A DNA stretch of 24,829 bases from a virus (Duplodnaviria > Heunggongvirae > Uroviricota > Caudoviricetes), in IMG/VR virus record IMGVR_UViG_3300044814_000107, positions 67,224 through 92,052 of that record. One strand, given 5' to 3'. Shown piece after piece: positions 23,418 to 24,829 of the stretch. The notes beneath the pieces were generated by a model. It was not told where the DNA came from. It searched no databases and was given only the letters and a program-made list of their open reading frames with translations. The position numbers and the translations under genes were made by a program. How positions within the stretch are numbered: the stretch's first letter is position 1; each line of letters starts with the position of its first letter.

Positions 23418-24008
23418 GTGCCGCAGGACATCCCTCTCGGTTTCTGCCAGTGCGGCTGCGGGCAGAGAACCACCGTCCCCACGAAATCGAACCGCCGCGA
23501 GGGACGAATCCGCGGCGTACCGATGCGGTACATCTCGGGCCACAACGCACAAGGCAGAACCGCCGAGCCGCTGGAGACCCGTTACGAGCTGCGCGACTGC
23601 GGCTACGAGACGCCCTGCTGGGTCTGGCTGCGAAGCCGAAGCGGAAAGGGCTATGGGCAGATATGGGACCCCGTACGTCGGCGACTCGTACAGGCGAGCC
23701 GCTTCTACTACGAGACCTTCGTCGGACCCCTCGCCGACGATCTCCAGATCGACCATCTCTGCCGGAACCCGCCCTGCGTCAACCCACAGCACCTCGAGCC
23801 TGTGACGCAGCACGTCAACCAGCAGCGCGGCCTGAACGCCAAACTCACCCGAGCGGACGCGGACGAGATTCGTCGCCGAGGACAGACAGGCGTGGAACAG
23901 CGCCGCCAAGGGCACCAGTCCGGAGAGAGCCTGAACGCCCTCGCTCGCGAGTTCGGCGTGAGCCTGCCTGTGGTATCTGGGATCGTTCGCGGTCATCTCT
24001 GGCCCTAG
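23418..24008 (+). CDS. HNH endonuclease (N-terminal CxCGCG, HNH_3, C-terminal HTH), antisense in the tail operon
   Basis: CQCGCG...CWVW...GYG...DHLCRNPPCVNPQHLEPVTQHVN...AKLT...LAREFGVS...VSGIVRG. Confidence 0.9.
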   Translation: MPQDIPLGFCQCGCGQRTTVPTKSNRREGRIRGVPMRYISGHNAQGRTAEPLETRYELRDCGYETPCWVWLRSRSGKGYGQIWDPVRRRLVQASRFYYETFVGPLADDLQIDHLCRNPPCVNPQHLEPVTQHVNQQRGLNAKLTRADADEIRRRGQTGVEQRRQGHQSGESLNALAREFGVSLPVVSGIVRGHLWP

Positions 24009-24364
24009 AACGTCGCGCGTGCCGCCTCCAAAGCCGGCCGCAGATAAGGACGGGCAGCCATGCGCGACGTGCCGAGTTCGACGTACGGGGCGTAGACGAC
24101 CGCCGATCCGACGTCGACGTAGGGCGATAGGCCGTCGATGCCGGGACGCCAAGTGATCGAGTCGCGCAGTCGGCCCGTTCGGACGGCCGGCTTCTGGCCC
24201 GGCTGCGACGGAGGCGAACTCCACCCGATCTTCGCGGCCGACTCGACCAGGATCGCTCGGCGAACGAGGTCCTTCACCACGTCGTTCTTGAGCAGCCGCG
24301 CATACTCGGCTTCGTTCCAGCGGAACCCCTCGAGGCTGCGAGAGATTTCCAGCTCGAGCGACAT
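24005..24364 (-). CDS. HK97-gp10-like tail component
   Basis: RTGRLRDSI...VYAPYVELGTSRMAARPYLRPA. SD GGAGGTGG. Confidence 0.85.
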   Translation of the reverse strand: MSLELEISRSLEGFRWNEAEYARLLKNDVVKDLVRRAILVESAAKIGWSSPPSQPGQKPAVRTGRLRDSITWRPGIDGLSPYVDVGSAVVYAPYVELGTSRMAARPYLRPALEAARATF

Positions 24365-24366
24365 TC

Positions 24367-24663
24367 TCAGACCACCTCCCCTCGCGGGGGGTCAGATGGT
24401 CGGTCTGGTACGGCGTTGGCGCGAGAGCGGCGCTGAGGACGCCCGTGACGCCTCTCCGCCGGTCGGCGCGACCGCGTTTCCACGTGGAACGCCGAGGCGC
24501 GCAGACCGAGCGTCTCGCCGACGCGGATCCGGAGCCTGCCGGAACGCGTACGAAGGGCCTCCATCAGGCGGCGCCCGTCGAAGCGGGAGCCGCGCTCGCC
24601 GAGGTGGGCGGCGAGGCCGATTGCCTCTACCGCGTCCCTGCCGGTCAGAGCGCCCGTTGCCAT
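24367..24663 (-). CDS. Hypothetical Arg-rich protein (98 aa), leaderless
   Basis: ATG 7 nt after an extended -10, TGC-TAGGTT. The C-terminal half has low complexity. Confidence 0.4.
   Translation of the reverse strand: MATGALTGRDAVEAIGLAAHLGERGSRFDGRRLMEALRTRSGRLRIRVGETLGLRASAFHVETRSRRPAERRHGRPQRRSRANAVPDRPSDPPRGEVV
24476..24491. other. parS-like palindrome
   Basis: GTTTCCACGTGGAACG matches 13/16 of the chromosomal parS type TGTTCCACGTGGAACA. Confidence 0.35.
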
Positions 24664-24685
24664 GCCGCGGAACCTAGCACGGGAG

Positions 24686-24829
24686 CTACTCGGGCGTGTA
24701 GCCGTCGAGCTGGACGCGGATCGTGACGATCGACCCAGCCGCTCCGCCCTGCGGGTTCACGAGGATGCCGGGCTCGATCGAGAACTCGCGCTCCTTCGGC
24801 GGGAAGAGGGTCAGGTCGCGCTTCTTCGC
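24686..24829 (-). CDS. C-terminus of a probable tail terminator / neck protein (partial)
   Basis: Manual translation AKKRDLTLFPPKEREFSIEPGILVNPQGGAAGSIVTIRVQLDGYTPE*. Function inferred from position. Confidence 0.55.
   Translation of the reverse strand, partial: AKKRDLTLFPPKEREFSIEPGILVNPQGGAAGSIVTIRVQLDGYTPE

Larger units (their letters stand above)
1..24829 (-). mobile_element. Tailed (siphovirus-type) bacteriophage or prophage genome segment: tail, lysis, tRNA/accessory and replication modules
   Basis: Tape measure, TAC, Dit/Tal-like, HK97-gp10-like, endolysin, initiator + DnaC-like loader, Sak4-like ATPase, tRNAs and several HNHs, tightly packed with many 4-bp GTGA/ATGA stop-start overlaps. 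No host housekeeping genes. Confidence 0.95.

Noticed and set aside
1-24829. CRISPR array, integrase/att site, transposase, stop-codon recoding
   Set aside because: No regularly spaced repeats or recombinase motifs. Genes read normally in the standard code.

Overview
The whole window is a fragment of a high-GC tailed siphovirus-type phage genome. The host is probably Actinomycetota, inferred from GC richness, frequent leaderless starts and a ydaO-like RNA. Almost all genes lie on the minus strand. Read from right to left, they are: tail terminator (partial), HK97-gp10-like protein, an antisense HNH, tail assembly chaperone G/GT, tape measure, Dit, a Tal/hub protein fused to an Asp-box propeller, a minor tail protein, an Mtd_N fibre and an NlpC/P60 endolysin. 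Next comes an accessory island: a tRNA cluster disrupted by an HNH gene, a site-2 protease, and a secreted lytic transglycosylase behind a c-di-AMP-riboswitch-like leader. The recombination/replication module follows: SWIM protein, Sak4-like AAA ATPase, HNH-fused initiator with internal iterons, DnaC-like loader, GroES-like protein, tandem RHH, HerA-like ATPase, LmbU-like protein, VRR-NUC, HNHs and a metallophosphoesterase. No integrase, CI-type repressor, CRISPR array or reverse transcriptase is visible. The most notable observations are: (1) a recurring non-canonical promoter, CRTCCG-N10-TAnnnT, upstream of at least 6-8 genes, often with a palindromic CTACGnnCGTAG operator on it; (2) the ydaO-like leader on an Rpf/SLT-like enzyme; (3) an HNH cassette that splits a tRNA-Tyr gene; and (4) an HNH-HTH initiator fusion. 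All calls come from motif reading by eye; no database searches were run.
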